DNA from: Felis catus
Lineage: Eukaryota
Direction: 5' to 3'
DNA: 64,000 bases
Assembly (NCBI RefSeq): GCF_018350175.1
Contig: NC_058368.1
Span: forward strand, 40,178,001 to 40,242,000
Positions 37,641 to 49,075 of the stretch are shown here, piece by piece. Made by a program: the position numbers and the translations under genes. How positions within the stretch are numbered: position 1 is the first letter of the stretch; the number at the start of each line of letters is the position of its first letter. The notes under the pieces are model-generated. The model saw nothing but the letters and a program-made list of their open reading frames with translations. It did not search any database and had not been told where the DNA came from.

Positions 37641-37716
37641 AACAAATACCAAAAGCAACAAAGATTAGAAAGGACCAGAGAACACAACCAGAAACTCCAA
37701 CTCTACAAGTATCATA

Positions 37717-40429
37717 ATGGCAATAAATTCATACCTTTCCATACTCATGCTAAATGTCAATGGACTCAATGCTCCAATCAAAAGACATAGGGTAACAGAA
37801 TGGATAAGAAAACAAGATCCATCTATATGCTGTTTACAAGACACCCACTTTAGACTTAAAGATACCTTTAGATTGAAAACAAGGAGATGGAGAACCATCT
37901 ATCATGCTAATGGTCAACAAAAGAAAGCCAGAGTAGCCATACATATATCAGACAATGTAGACATTAAAATAAAGACTGTATCAAGATATGCAGAAGGGCA
38001 TTACATCAAAATCAAGGTGTCTATCCACCAAAAGCCCTAACAATTACATTTATGCACCAAATGTGAAAACATCCAAATATATAAATCAATTAATTACAAA
38101 CATAAAGAAACTCATCGATAGTAATACCATAATAGTAGGAGACTTCAACACCCCACTCACAGCAATGGACAAATCATCTAACCAAAAAACCAACAAGTAA
38201 ACAATGGCTTCGAATGACACACTGGACCAGATGGACTTAACAGATATATTCAGAACATTTCATCCTAAAGCAGCAGAATATACATTCTTCTCCAGTGCCC
38301 AAGGAACATTCTCTAGAATAGACCACATACGGGGACACATATCAGCCCTAAGTAAGTACAAAGATCGAGATCATACTGCACATATTTTCAGACCACAACA
38401 CTATGAAACTCGAAATCAACCACAAGAAAAAATTTGGAAAGGTAACAAATACTTGGAGACTGAAGAACATTCTACTAAAGAATGTTTGGGCTAACCAAGA
38501 GGTTAAAGAGGAAATTAAAAAGTATATGGAAGTCAATGAAAATGATAACACCACAACCCAAAACCTCTGGGACACAGCAAAGGCGGCCATAAGAAGAAAG
38601 TATATAGCAATCCAGGCCTTCCTAAAGAAGGAAGAAAAATCTCAGATACACAACCTAACCTTACTCCTTAAAGAACTGGGAAAAGAACAGCAAATAAAAC
38701 CCAAAACCAGCAGAAGACAGGAAATAATAAAGATTAGAGCAGAAATTAATGCTATCAAAACCAAAAACAGTAGAACAGATCAATGAAACCAGAGCTGGTT
38801 CTTTGAAGGCATTAACAAAATTGATAAACTGCTACCCAGTTTGATTAAAAAGAAAAAGGAAAGGACCCAAATACATGAAATCAAGAATGAAAGAGGAGAG
38901 ATCACAACCAACACACCAGAAATAAAAACAATAATAAGAGAATATTATGAGCAATTATATGCCAATAAAATGGGCAATCCTGAAGAAACGGAAAAATTCC
39001 CAGCAATATTTACATTACCAAAACTGAAACAAGAAGAAATAGAAAATTTAAACAGACCCATAACCAGTAAGGAAATCAAATTCGTAATCAAATATCTGCC
39101 AAAAAACAAGAGTCCAGGGCCAGAGGCCTTCCAGGGGAAATCTATCAAACATTTAAGGAAGAGTTAACAACTATTCTCTTGAAGCTGTTCCAAAAAATAG
39201 AAATGGAAGGAAAACTTCCAAACTCTTTCAACGAAGCCAGCATTACCTTGATTCCAAAACCAGAGACCCCACTAAAAGGAGAACTATATACCAAATGCCT
39301 TGATGAACATGGATGCAAAAATCCTCAACAAGATATTAGCCAACTAGATCCTACAATACATGAAAAAAATTATTCACCACGACCAAGTGGGATTTATATC
39401 TGGGATGCAGGGCTGGTTCAATATCCGCAAAACAATTAATGTGATTCATCACATCAATAAAAGAAAGGACAAGAACCATATGATCCTCTCAATAGATGCA
39501 GAGAAAGCATTTGACAAAACACAGCATCCTTTCTTGATAAAAACCCTCAAGAAAGTAGGGATAGAAGGAGCATACCTCGAGATCATAAAAGCCATATATG
39601 AACGACCCAATGCTAATATCATCCTCAATGGGGAAAAACTGAGAGCTTTCCCCCTAAGGTCAGGAACAAGACAGGGATGTCCACTCTCGCCACTGTTTTT
39701 CAACATAGTATTGGAAGTTTTAGCCTCTGCAGTCAGACAACACAAGGAAATAAAAGGCATCCAAATTGGCCAGGAGGAGGTCAAACTTTCACTCTTCGCA
39801 GATGACATGATACTCTATATGGAAAACCCAAAAGATTCCACCAAAAAAACTGCTAGAATTGATTCATGAATTCAGCAAAGTTTCTGGATATAAAATCAAT
39901 GCACAGAAATCAGTTGCATTCCTATACACTAACAATGAAGTGACAGAAAGAGAAATCAAGCAATCGATCCCACTTACAGTTGCACAAAAACCCATAAAAT
40001 ATTTGGTTAGAATAAATCTAACCAAAGAGGTGAGAAATCTATATACTGAAAACTATAGCAAGCTCATGAAAGAAATGGAAGAAGACACAAAAAAATGGAA
40101 AAAGATTCCATGCTCCTGCATTGGAAGAATAAATATTGTTAAAATATCAATACTACCCAAAGCAATCTACATATTCAATGCAATCCCTATCAAAGTAACA
40201 CCAGCATTCTTCACAGAGCTGGAATAAATAATCCTAAAATTTGTATGGAACCAGAAAAGACCCCAAATAGCCAAAGCAATCTTGAAAAAGAAAACCAAAT
40301 CAGGAGGCATCACAATCCCGGACTTCAAGCTATACTACAAAGTTGTAATCATCAAGACAGTATGGTCCTGGAACAAGAACACACACTCAGATCAATGGAA
40401 CAGGATAGAGAACCCAGAAATGGACCCAC
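37717..40429 (+). pseudogene. L1 ORF2 remnant (APE endonuclease and reverse transcriptase), multiple frameshifts, C-terminus missing
   Basis: [34 protein letters not shown] and LFADDMILY motifs spread across several frames. Confidence 0.95.
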
Positions 40430-41120
40430 TTATAAAGTTGATGCTGGCACAAGTTAAGACTTTTGGGGATATTTGGGTAGAATAAGTGAATTTTGCATGT
40501 GAAAGGACATGAGTTGCAGAAGCAGAGGCAGAAAGCTACAGACCGAATATGTCTCCTCCAAATTCTTATGTTCCAATCTAATCCCCAATATGATGGTATT
40601 TGGATATGGGCCTTTGTGGGATCATTAGGTCATGAGGGTGGAGATTCCATGAATGGAACGAATATTCTTTTTTTTTTTTTAATTTTTTTTCCAGCGTTTT
40701 TATTTATTTTTGTGACAGAGAGAGACAGAGCATGAACGGGGGAGGGACAGAGAGAGAGGGAGACACAGAATCGGAAACAGGCTCCAGGCTCCAAGCCATC
40801 AGCCCAGAGCCCGACGCGGGGCTCGAACTCACGGACCGCGAGATCGTGACCTGGCTGAAGTCGGACACTTAACCGACTGCGCCACCCAGGCGCCCCTGGA
40901 ACGAATATTCTTATAAAAGAGACCCCAGAGAGCTCCCTTGCCACTTCTGCCCAGTGAGGACACAGCAAGCCACCTATCTATGAACTCCCTAAACACTGAT
41001 TTTACCTGTGGCTTTAACTTCAACTTCCCAGCCTCTAAACTGTGAGAAATAAATTTGTGTTTTTTGATAAGCCACCAAATGTGTCTATGTTATTCTCTTA
41101 TGGCAACCCAAACTAAGACA
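40430..41120 (+). mobile_element. MaLR remnant: end of internal region plus 3' MLT1A-type LTR (about 40534-41120)
   Basis: gttgatgctgg..agttaagacttttgggga and a purine tract, then the LTR (ttaggtcatgagggtggag, tataaaagagacccca, gtgagaaataaatttgtg, aactaagaca). Confidence 0.85.
40670..40896 (-). mobile_element. Young SINEC_Fc in the MLT1A LTR
   Basis: Perfect TSD tggaacgaatattctt at 40654-40669 and 40897-40912. Confidence 0.97.
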
Positions 41121-41694
41121 TACTTATAATGCATTTTTTAAAAGTTAAAATTAATTAGAATATTAATATAACTTAGAAACCATTGGGCTGATATTGCCTC
41201 AGTGTCACATGCAAACTCTTTAGGAACCTTCACACAAAGCAACTATTTAACAACCGTGTCTATAGAGGATAAGAAAATTGTTTAAATACTTACATCCTTA
41301 CATGAGACTATGTTACCTATACATAGTTGCTTTACCCAATTCAATTACATTATAGTGAGTTGGATGGGGGATTTGTAGTTAAGAAATAAGACAGTTTATT
41401 TTTTTTTTCCTTTTAAATGAAATAGACTCTCATTGGTGTGATGCTGGACAGAAGAGTGCTTTATCCTAAATATGTATTATTCCACTGTTTGGATCTTTTA
41501 GATTTGCTACTTATCTAATTATTTGCATTGTACCAGAGTTTCTAAATACCTATAGTATTTTTAAAAAGTAAAGATTTCTATCAAGAATGAAATGAGTTTG
41601 GCTTATAAAGAAATAAAATATTGCTTATTTCCCAGTTCTCTATTTCTTGCCAGTTAATTTCAATCAATATTTTATATGATTCTATTCAATGATT

Positions 41695-42166
41695 TGATGG
41701 TAGTACTAAGACAGCTTTAAATGTCCCTTCAGCTTGACTAAACCTTATGTTTCTTCCCATCTATATGCCTCTGATCTCCCTTTTCTTAGAAAACTTGAAA
41801 TTGCAAATCCTTTCTCTTCCCCTTTGAGATGTAAGTCTTCTACAAGCCAAGGATATCTTTCTCAAGGACCTGGGAGCCATCTTTTTGAAACGTAACCATC
41901 AGGGAAGGTATCATGACTATTTCCAGCCTCTGTGGGAGGGTAGGTGCCTAACTTCAGTAAGCACCAATTAGTCAACACTGATGGCTTAATCACATTCACC
42001 AACGTTCCCCATAATGTTCTCCAGTATTTTTTCACTAGCTCACCCCAGTGCTGAAAAACACCTGCCTTTGTTTCAAAGATGAGTTTAATCTGCTATCCCA
42101 CTGTAATAGTCTTAAATAAATTCTTACTTATTATTTTAACTATAATTATAAATTATAAATCTTTCA
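41695..42166 (+). mobile_element. ERV1 LTR relic (MER31/MER34-like)
   Basis: cagcttgactaaac, ctttctcaaggacctgggagccatct, tgtgggagggtagg..cctaacttc and taatagtcttaaataaa motifs. Confidence 0.7.
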
Positions 42167-43313
42167 TTGGTAATATGGTGCAAAGCCAGCCCATTCACTC
42201 ATACTTAAAAAATTACTAATCTGGAAAATTAATTTTAAGAGCAAAGGTATATTAGACAAAGCCCATTTTGGGGGAGGGGAAAGGAAAATAATTTTTGTGT
42301 TTAAGCCTTGTGAAATATATTTTTGTCTCATTTTTCCTCTTCCTCACTCTAAATTACATTTTTTTTTTTTGCCAGTGTGTGGATCTTGTTGATAACAGTT
42401 ACCAATTTGTGATGATTGGATTTGTAAAATCTGTAATTTAGATGAATGATAAACCATGAAGTTTTCAGAAAGAAACTCATGAAAAAATTATTTTCTGGAA
42501 AATCCAGTGAGTGTTAAGTGAAGCTGAGTACTTTTGAGAAAATAAATGTGTACTTTACATTACTAATTGAAATCTTTTGATTCATCTCTCAATAGACCCA
42601 GCAGAATTCTCTCTCTATGAATTGTAAGAGACAGAGAAGAGTGAGAACTTTCCACTGTGGCCATGGCAGGTCCTTGCCATTTCCAGTTGTTCCCCCTCTG
42701 CCCCACTTGATGATATCCAGATTGGGCAAACAATGGCTGGTAATCAGCGAGAGCCATTTCTTCCACTCTGTGAATCTGTCTGACCCCTTCCTTCTATTAA
42801 AGCCCTATAATCCATTTCCCCCTTCTTTTACAAGTTTAAATGCTCTTTAGGAGCATTCTCATGTGGGTCATTGTTGAATAAAGATTTATACTGATAATGC
42901 TCTACTTGATTTTTTCCCACAGAAGATATTTCTATGCAATCTATTGTTCTTATAAAATTCAATATGTGTATATGTTATGTATATCATATTTTAAGGCATA
43001 TATGTTATATAATATGATGTTATTATGTTGTGAGGTTAAAAAATATTACATTGCAGCGTAAATATTTTTACCTTTCTACACATAAGATAGAGAAATGTAA
43101 AAGAAATTATCCTCAGCTACTATTTACAAAATGTTTTTGGAAGACTAATCTCAAGAGGAATTTTGATCAGATAACTTTGAGAAAAACTATAGATTTATGC
43201 CCAGGAACCCCATCATTGCCACATTATGGCACATGCCAATATGATGCTATTTGTAGGTCACAGAGGCTTCAGCTGAAGGCAGTATGAAGTTCATGCTATG
43301 AACTAGATAGAAC

Positions 43314-43870
43314 TGATGAGGGAGCATAAGGCAAGCAGCGGGCAAAATATAAGCTAGCACTGCCCCCCAGCCACCCCAAGTGGGATGTGTGCGATATTCC
43401 TCAGGCACTCCTGGCTTCCCAAGGACAAAGGAAGGGGAAAGAAAACCAATGGTTAACTGATAGAGGTCATAATCGTGCAGGACACGAGTCTCCATCAGTT
43501 TACAAATATCTTAATAAATTACAAGAAAAAGGCAATCTTATAAATACCCTGATCTCCAGGAACTCCCTACTGTCTTAATGATCATGTTGTTCTAGAGGGA
43601 AAAACCACCTTAGCTTGACAATAGCTAGGACTACAGTAATCTGTAAATCTTCTTTAGCATTTGGAAATTCCTTTAAGAAACTTCCTCTCGACTTTACCTC
43701 CCCCAACTCCATAGTATATAATCAGTCACTCTTCACAACCCCTGAGCAGCTCTTTCTGCCCATAGGTCCTGTCTCCGTGCTTTAGTAAAATGACATTTTT
43801 GCACCAAAGATGTCTTCGAAAATTTTCGTGGCCAACAGCTCCTAACCCACGTTACCTCAAAACCTCATTA
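43314..43870 (+). mobile_element. ERV1-type solo LTR (557 bp, probably carnivore-specific)
   Basis: Inverted termini tgatgagg...cctcatta; 4-bp TSD gaac at 43310-43313 and 43871-43874; TATATAA near 43715. Confidence 0.85.
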
Positions 43871-44324
43871 GAACTAGCCCAGGACTCAATTCATCTAATC
43901 ATCAGAGCAAGCTCTGATCTTGGCATGATTTATATTCATCTCTTAAAAACTCCAATAAATTCCATCTTTTAGAGGAACTGTTTAATTCTTCCTGTTGTTT
44001 TCTTGTTTGTTTTTAAATTCCAGCTTAGGTTTAAAGGTTTTTTTTTTTTTTTTAATAAAACCTGGGAAAATATTTTGGAAAATATTACTCTAATATTTTT
44101 AAGGCAAATGATCTTTTTATACAAGTTATGATCTTTATTCATAAAAAATGGAGAAATATAAATAACATTTTATGAAATGTCTTCAAATATTCCTTGGCCA
44201 TAAGTTCTGGCAATTATTAAAATCTACAAGGGACATCAGGTGAACTGTAGCAAATTTTAATCACATCAATGCAATAGTTTTAGAAAATGGCCCCTTTCTT
44301 TGCAACACTTTACTAATTTCTTCT

Positions 44325-44386
44325 TATTCTCCTTCTCTTTCTCCTCCTCCTCCTCCTCCTCCTCCTCCTTTCCTCCTCCTCCTCCT
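44325..44386 (+). repeat. (CCT)n-rich pyrimidine microsatellite
   Basis: Directly visible. Confidence 0.9.
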
Positions 44387-45853
44387 TGAATACTGTGTTT
44401 TCTTTTCCCTAACACAGCCTTCATATATCTCCTCACAATTCCCCATGCGTTCCAGATATTGTATGGTTGATAAGACATATTTGTGAGTTGATTAATGCTT
44501 TTCCACTTTCTAAAGGAAACCATTTAATGTTTATAGTGTTTTGGTATAAAAATTTGCATATTTTAAAATGAATATATGATCACTATGTGTAATTATTTAA
44601 TCATTATTTAAATATATACAATTTCATCAAAAATACTATTAGAACAATTACATATTTTACTTACCATTTGTGGTACTAAAAATAATAAGCAAACATTTAC
44701 AAACGTTACCTATATTACAAGCTTTTCTACAATTCAGCCAAATAAACCCTTTTGATTGAGCTGAAATGAGACTATTTTTTCAATGCCATAAATAATGCTT
44801 AAATATTCACGATCCTAAGATTGCTGTAAAAATAATAGGTGAAATCGAGTGGCTTGCTTTAACAGAGCACTTTGTAGTGAAATAAGATTTTAAAGCACAG
44901 TATAGCGAGTAGTTATTAAAAAGACATCGAAGCAAAACCAAACAGGAAGAATTTATGCTCTTGAGTGCTTTGCTGAGATCCTTTCAGTCGTGTTGAAGCA
45001 AGATTGAGTCTATGCTTTCCCAGTTCTGTGTGTCAGGTAAAACATAGCAGGGGGTGAAATGAATTCATCTTTCTGTCTTCAAGTAAACTAAAAGCAATTT
45101 TTGTCTTCCCATGTGGTCACTTGAGGTGCTTGTCATGTTCAAGCTAATGATATCAGGCACCCTCAGGTTGTTTAAGTATTCATGAAGTAATTAAATTCTC
45201 ATTAACATATAAATAAAAGAAAACTGAAAACAAGTTTAGCAGGCACCTAACATCTGTTCTAATGCTTTTAAGTATTAAAATGTGCCACACACAGAAGGAA
45301 AAGTGCATTCTGTTCTGGGAAGTATTTTGCATAGATTATTTATAGAAACTGTAATTAAACTGATTTGGCATATTAAAAAAAGTTAACAGCAGAGCATTAT
45401 TTAGATCATTTGTTGGTCTCTGTCACCTAAATAAGGAATTAAAAATAGATACGGGGAAAGGAAAATTAGATTTTGTTTGTTTTACATTTCAGATAAAATT
45501 ATAAGAATAATTGAAATTTATTTCCATCCTGAAACAAGATGGTTAAATTTCAGTCTATACAGGCATAAATCCAACTTTGCAACTGCAACCAAAAGCCCTT
45601 TTCATGGTAAATTATAAAATGGCTTGGGTGCTTGTCCAAACATGTCACTTAAATCCATAAATTTATCTTATTCACATATACAGATTATTTCCTCTTTAAA
45701 GCTTTTTATATGTGGATTTGTCAAAGGGTAAATTGAAATGGATTAAAGAAAATCTTACCTTTCATTATTAACTGTGTGATTTCATGTTATTTGCCACTTA
45801 TAATAGATTTTTTTAATGCTGTGTATTATATTTTAAAATTTCAGATATCCCAT

Positions 45854-46032
45854 GGGGCGCCCGGGGGTGGCTCAGTCCATTAAGCATCCCACATCAGCTC
45901 AGGTCATGATCTCATGGTCCACGAGTTCAAGCCCCTCGTTGGGCTCTGTGCTGAAAGCTCAGAGCCTGGAGCCTGCTTCAGATTCTGTGTCTCCCTTTCC
46001 TTCCCTCTACCCTTACCCCACTCATGCTTAGT

Positions 46033-46084
<52 letters not shown>

Positions 46085-46350
46085 AATTAATAAACATTAA
46101 TTTTAAAAAAAAATTTTTTTTTTCAGCGTTTTTATTTATTTTTGGGACAGAGAGAGACAGAGCATGAATGGGGGAGGGGCAGAGAGAGAGGGAGACACAG
46201 AATCGGAAACAGGCTCCAGGCTCCGAGCCATCAGCCCAGAGCCTGACGCGGGGCTCAAACTCACGGACCGCGAGATCGTGACCTGGCTGAAGTCGGACGC
46301 TTAACCGACTGAGCCACCCAGGCGCCCCAATAAACATTAATTTTTTTTTT
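45854..46350 (+). mobile_element. CanSINE with a long (CT)n; its tail is interrupted by an antisense SINE
   Basis: Outer TSD aatttcagatatccca at 45837-45852 and 46351-46366. Confidence 0.95.
46105..46328 (-). mobile_element. Young SINEC_Fc nested in the tail of another SINE
   Basis: Inner TSD aataaacattaatttt at 46089-46104 and 46329-46344. Confidence 0.96.
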
Positions 46351-46619
46351 AATTTCAGATATCCCAAACTTTTTTCTATTTCTCATCTTCCCAAATTAGC
46401 CATTCAAATAAGACAAATTCACTTATCTTACCTGGAATTATTAAAATCTGTATGTTTGCTAATATTAGGACACCACGACAAAACATTGTGATCAAAGTAC
46501 GAGTGGGAATTGTAGAGGAGTGAAAGAAATTTACCCTCTACCCTTCTAAGTTTTTGCCAGGGATCCTTGTGTCAAATAAAGATTGATAAAAGAAAACACT
46601 GCATGCAGGGGAACAGTAA

Positions 46620-47390
46620 GGGGACTATAGGAACAGTCCACATGGAAATGCTAGCTTGACTATGATGATATAGGGGACAGATAAATTTTTGGAACCAGAT
46701 TCTGGATATGTTTTGAAGATGAAGGCAATGTTATTTGGGATACAAGAAAGAGAGGAGTAAAGGGAAAGTCCAATATATTTTTTTCCTGAGAAACTTAAAG
46801 AATGGAGTAATAATTTACTGAGATTAAGACTATGGGTGGAGTAGCATTAGGGATCAGTTCTGAATGTGTTGCATTTGAAGTGTTTCTTATCCAACCAAGC
46901 ACATCAATCAAATAGGCAGTTGAGTATATGGGACTATTTCAGAGGCAAGATTCAGACCAGTGATATAAAACTTGGAAGGCAGCAGAAAATTAATGGCATT
47001 TAAAGCCATTAAACTAAAGGAAATCACAAATAAAATGAATGTAAATAGAGGACAGAAGAGGCTCCAGGGCTAGGCTATTGAGCACACCAAAATTTTAAGG
47101 TCAAAGAGATGAAAAGAAATGGTCCATGAGGTCAGAAAAAATACCAGAAGAGCGTGATTTCTCAGAAGCCACGTGAAAAAGGGTTTCAGGCAGAAGAAAT
47201 AATTAACACTGCCAAAGGTCAAGTAAGGTGAGGACTGAAAATTTATTATTGAATTTTGCAACATTGAGCTCATTGTTGATTTTGATTAGAAAGGCTTTGT
47301 TGAAAGGGTCTGGGTTAATGACTGATTGAGTGGGATAAGAGAAAATGTCAAGAGAGGAATTTGAAACAGGGAATGAATATAGACAACTGG
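46620..47390 (-). mobile_element. Degraded L2 LINE
   Basis: atcagttctgaatgtgttgcatttgaag, taggcagttgagtatatg, aggtcaagtaaggtgaggactgaaaa and atagacaact motifs. Confidence 0.75.
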
Positions 47391-47489
47391 GGATTAGGTT
47401 TTAAAATGTAATATATTAACACATCTGTTTTGTGTAAATCATGTAATCTGCATAGAGAAGATTGTTTAGGTCACAATCGCTTGCCTTAG

Positions 47490-47508
47490 TAGAGCCCCCT
47501 GGTGGTCC
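47490..47508 (-). promoter_or_regulatory. Candidate CTCF binding site
   Basis: Minus strand GGACCACCAGGGGGCTCTA matches 16 of 19 positions of the core consensus TGGCCACCAGGGGGCGCTA. Confidence 0.55.
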
Positions 47509-48883
47509 CAGCACCACTGACAACAGCTGTGCCTTCAACAGAAAATTGAAAATTTACGTTTATGGACTCAAAACCATGAGCGGAAACAGCTTCTTTGTTT
47601 TGGAGTAGCAATCCATTTCTCCTCTTTACCCTTTGAGCCATCACTTTTTCCCCCTTTCTTTTTCAATATCTTATGACACAATTCTCTGGGTTAAATCCTT
47701 CCAGATGAAATATCTAACATAGCTTGTTTTCCTGACTGGACCTGAATGTTAACATTGCTGATTGTGGTTTTCATCTTCATACCTTGGTTATATTTCCTTT
47801 TTTTCTAGAATATTCTTGCAGTTTTTTTGCTTCTGAATTTAAGTTTTAGAGTACCTTTAGGGCATCTGTTACTCTATTTGTGTGTGTGTGAAGCTCTTCC
47901 TGGTAGCTCTATATAGGTCACATGGACATTTCCTTCTCCAAACTTGAATGGCAGTCATTAGTTGAAATGTATAACACAGCAGTCACATTGTATACAGATT
48001 AGCTACTTTCTCTTATTGTTACCAGACAATAAGATCCTGTACCACTTAAAATAGCTTATGTAAGATGACTAACAGTTGGCACATCCCAATTTGCTTTAAG
48101 ACCTTCATCTCAAGGTTTTTAGTAATTCAAAGACTTTATGTAATGATATCTGTCCAATCTCAAATGAAATATTCTCCCTGGAGTTTTCTTCTTCTGAGAT
48201 ACTAGTATCTGTCAAGATCGTATTTTCCCTTACTATAGTAAGTTTAATGAACTTAGCTAAGCTTGTCAAAAATTATTATTATTATTTCCTAAAAGTCTTT
48301 TAGGGAATCAGTTGACTGACAGTTCTTTCTTACCTAGGCAGTCTCCACGATACACCCACTGGATTCCTACATAGCCACTCTCTACATGCCCTTAGCAGGG
48401 AAATGTAGGAAATTCTATATTTTACAGACAACACCCAAGAATGGAGCAATTCTGACCTTCCAACTGCCTATCCACTGTACAACAGCAAGCTTAATTTGAT
48501 GTGAACATGTGAAGATTGTTAGGGGCGGTTTGCAAGGTGATCTTTCCTCAAAGTCCCAAACATTTAAGTGAGAAAAACCCTGTGTCATTGGAAATGCTCC
48601 AACCCATCCAACAAGTCTCTTTCCTTAGGACCAAAACTCATAGACAGGTCAGGTTGTGATTCATATCACTATTTCTAAATTCTCTTTCCTCCTCCTCCCT
48701 ATAATCTCTATGATCAGAAATAAAGATAAGTCTATATTTGCTTTCTTTTTGACTTCTTTTAGACAAAACTCCATAGTTAGCCCAGTCAGTCATTTGATAA
48801 ACTCCAAGAGAAAATTTTATGGTCCAAAAGCTTAACTTTGAGAGTAATGATTTATCAGTGGCTTTTTTTCCTGCTCCCTAAAC

Positions 48884-49075
48884 AAGCGGTTCTCCACCAC
48901 AGATAATTTTGCCCTCTGAGGATATTTGACAATGTCTGGAGACATTTTGATTGTCATAATTTGGGGGATGTTATGGGTATTTGCTGATAAATTTTCTTCA
49001 ATGCACAGGACGTCCACCAACAACAAGGAATTATCCAGCAAAAAATGTCAATAATGTTGAGGCTAAAAAACCCTT
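48884..49075 (+). mobile_element. MER20-like hAT-Charlie DNA transposon
   Basis: attttgccc..gaggatatttgacaatgtctggagacattttgattgtca...aatgcacaggac...gaattatccagc..aaatgtcaata.tgttgagg. Confidence 0.85.

Larger units (their letters stand above)
34286..40429 (+). mobile_element. 5'-intact, 3'-truncated felid L1 (5'UTR, ORF1, most of ORF2)
   Basis: Starts at an aggatggc YY1-like motif; GC-rich 5'UTR to about 35500; ORF1 ATG at 36404; ORF2 ATG at 37717; breaks off at ...gaaatggacccac with no 3'UTR or poly(A). Confidence 0.97.

Noticed and set aside
34286..40429. Active or retrotransposition-competent L1
   Set aside because: ORF1 has stops and a SINE insertion; ORF2 is frameshifted many times and lacks its C-terminus, 3'UTR and poly(A).
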